DNA of 24,498 nucleotides from a virus (taxonomy: Duplodnaviria; Caudoviricetes): positions 1 through 24,498 of IMG/VR virus record IMGVR_UViG_3300033076_000816. One strand, written 5' to 3'. Shown here piece after piece: positions 24,489 to 24,498 of this stretch. Position numbers and translations under genes: made by a program. Every line of letters starts with the position of its first letter. Within the stretch, counting starts at the first letter, position 1. The notes beneath the pieces were generated by a model. It was given only the letters and a program-made list of their open reading frames with translations. It was not told the DNA's origin and did not search any database.

Positions 24489-24498
24489 TGGAACCCAT
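24488..24498 (+). CDS. probable start of the next gene, truncated by the window edge
   Basis: TGATG stop/start coupling, GGAGG upstream, reads M-E-P. Confidence 0.4.

Overview
A 24.5-kb segment of a tailed dsDNA phage or prophage genome with two divergent arms. The minus-strand arm (22-17279) carries replication and early genes: a divergent C5 cytosine methyltransferase, SNF2-type helicase, VRR-NUC nuclease, Cas4-like PD-(D/E)XK exonuclease, DUF3310, family A DNA polymerase, putative SSB, DUF2786, DUF932, DenV-like glycosylase, MazG-like NTP pyrophosphatase and a DUF3854/D5-type primase-helicase. The plus-strand arm (17732-end) carries putative TerS, an ART-like protein, TerL and a large polyvalent protein. 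An AT-rich, iteron-like region separates the arms. The standout is a self-contained cassette at 6808-8784: a promoter, then five tightly packed structured RNA elements, then a Ro60/Rsr (TROVE-vWA) gene. Three of the elements share a Y RNA-type Ro-binding stem. One is a YrlA-like circularly permuted tRNA-Ile(GAU) that keeps its anticodon loop, and a second minimal Y RNA shows a tRNA-Gly(UCC)-like anticodon loop at the same position. A 143-nt structured RNA of unknown class lies between two of them. A second notable pattern is a recurrent (Y/F)xxGGxV motif that ends each module of the proteins flanking TerL. All assignments are from motif recognition and hand folding; no searches were run.
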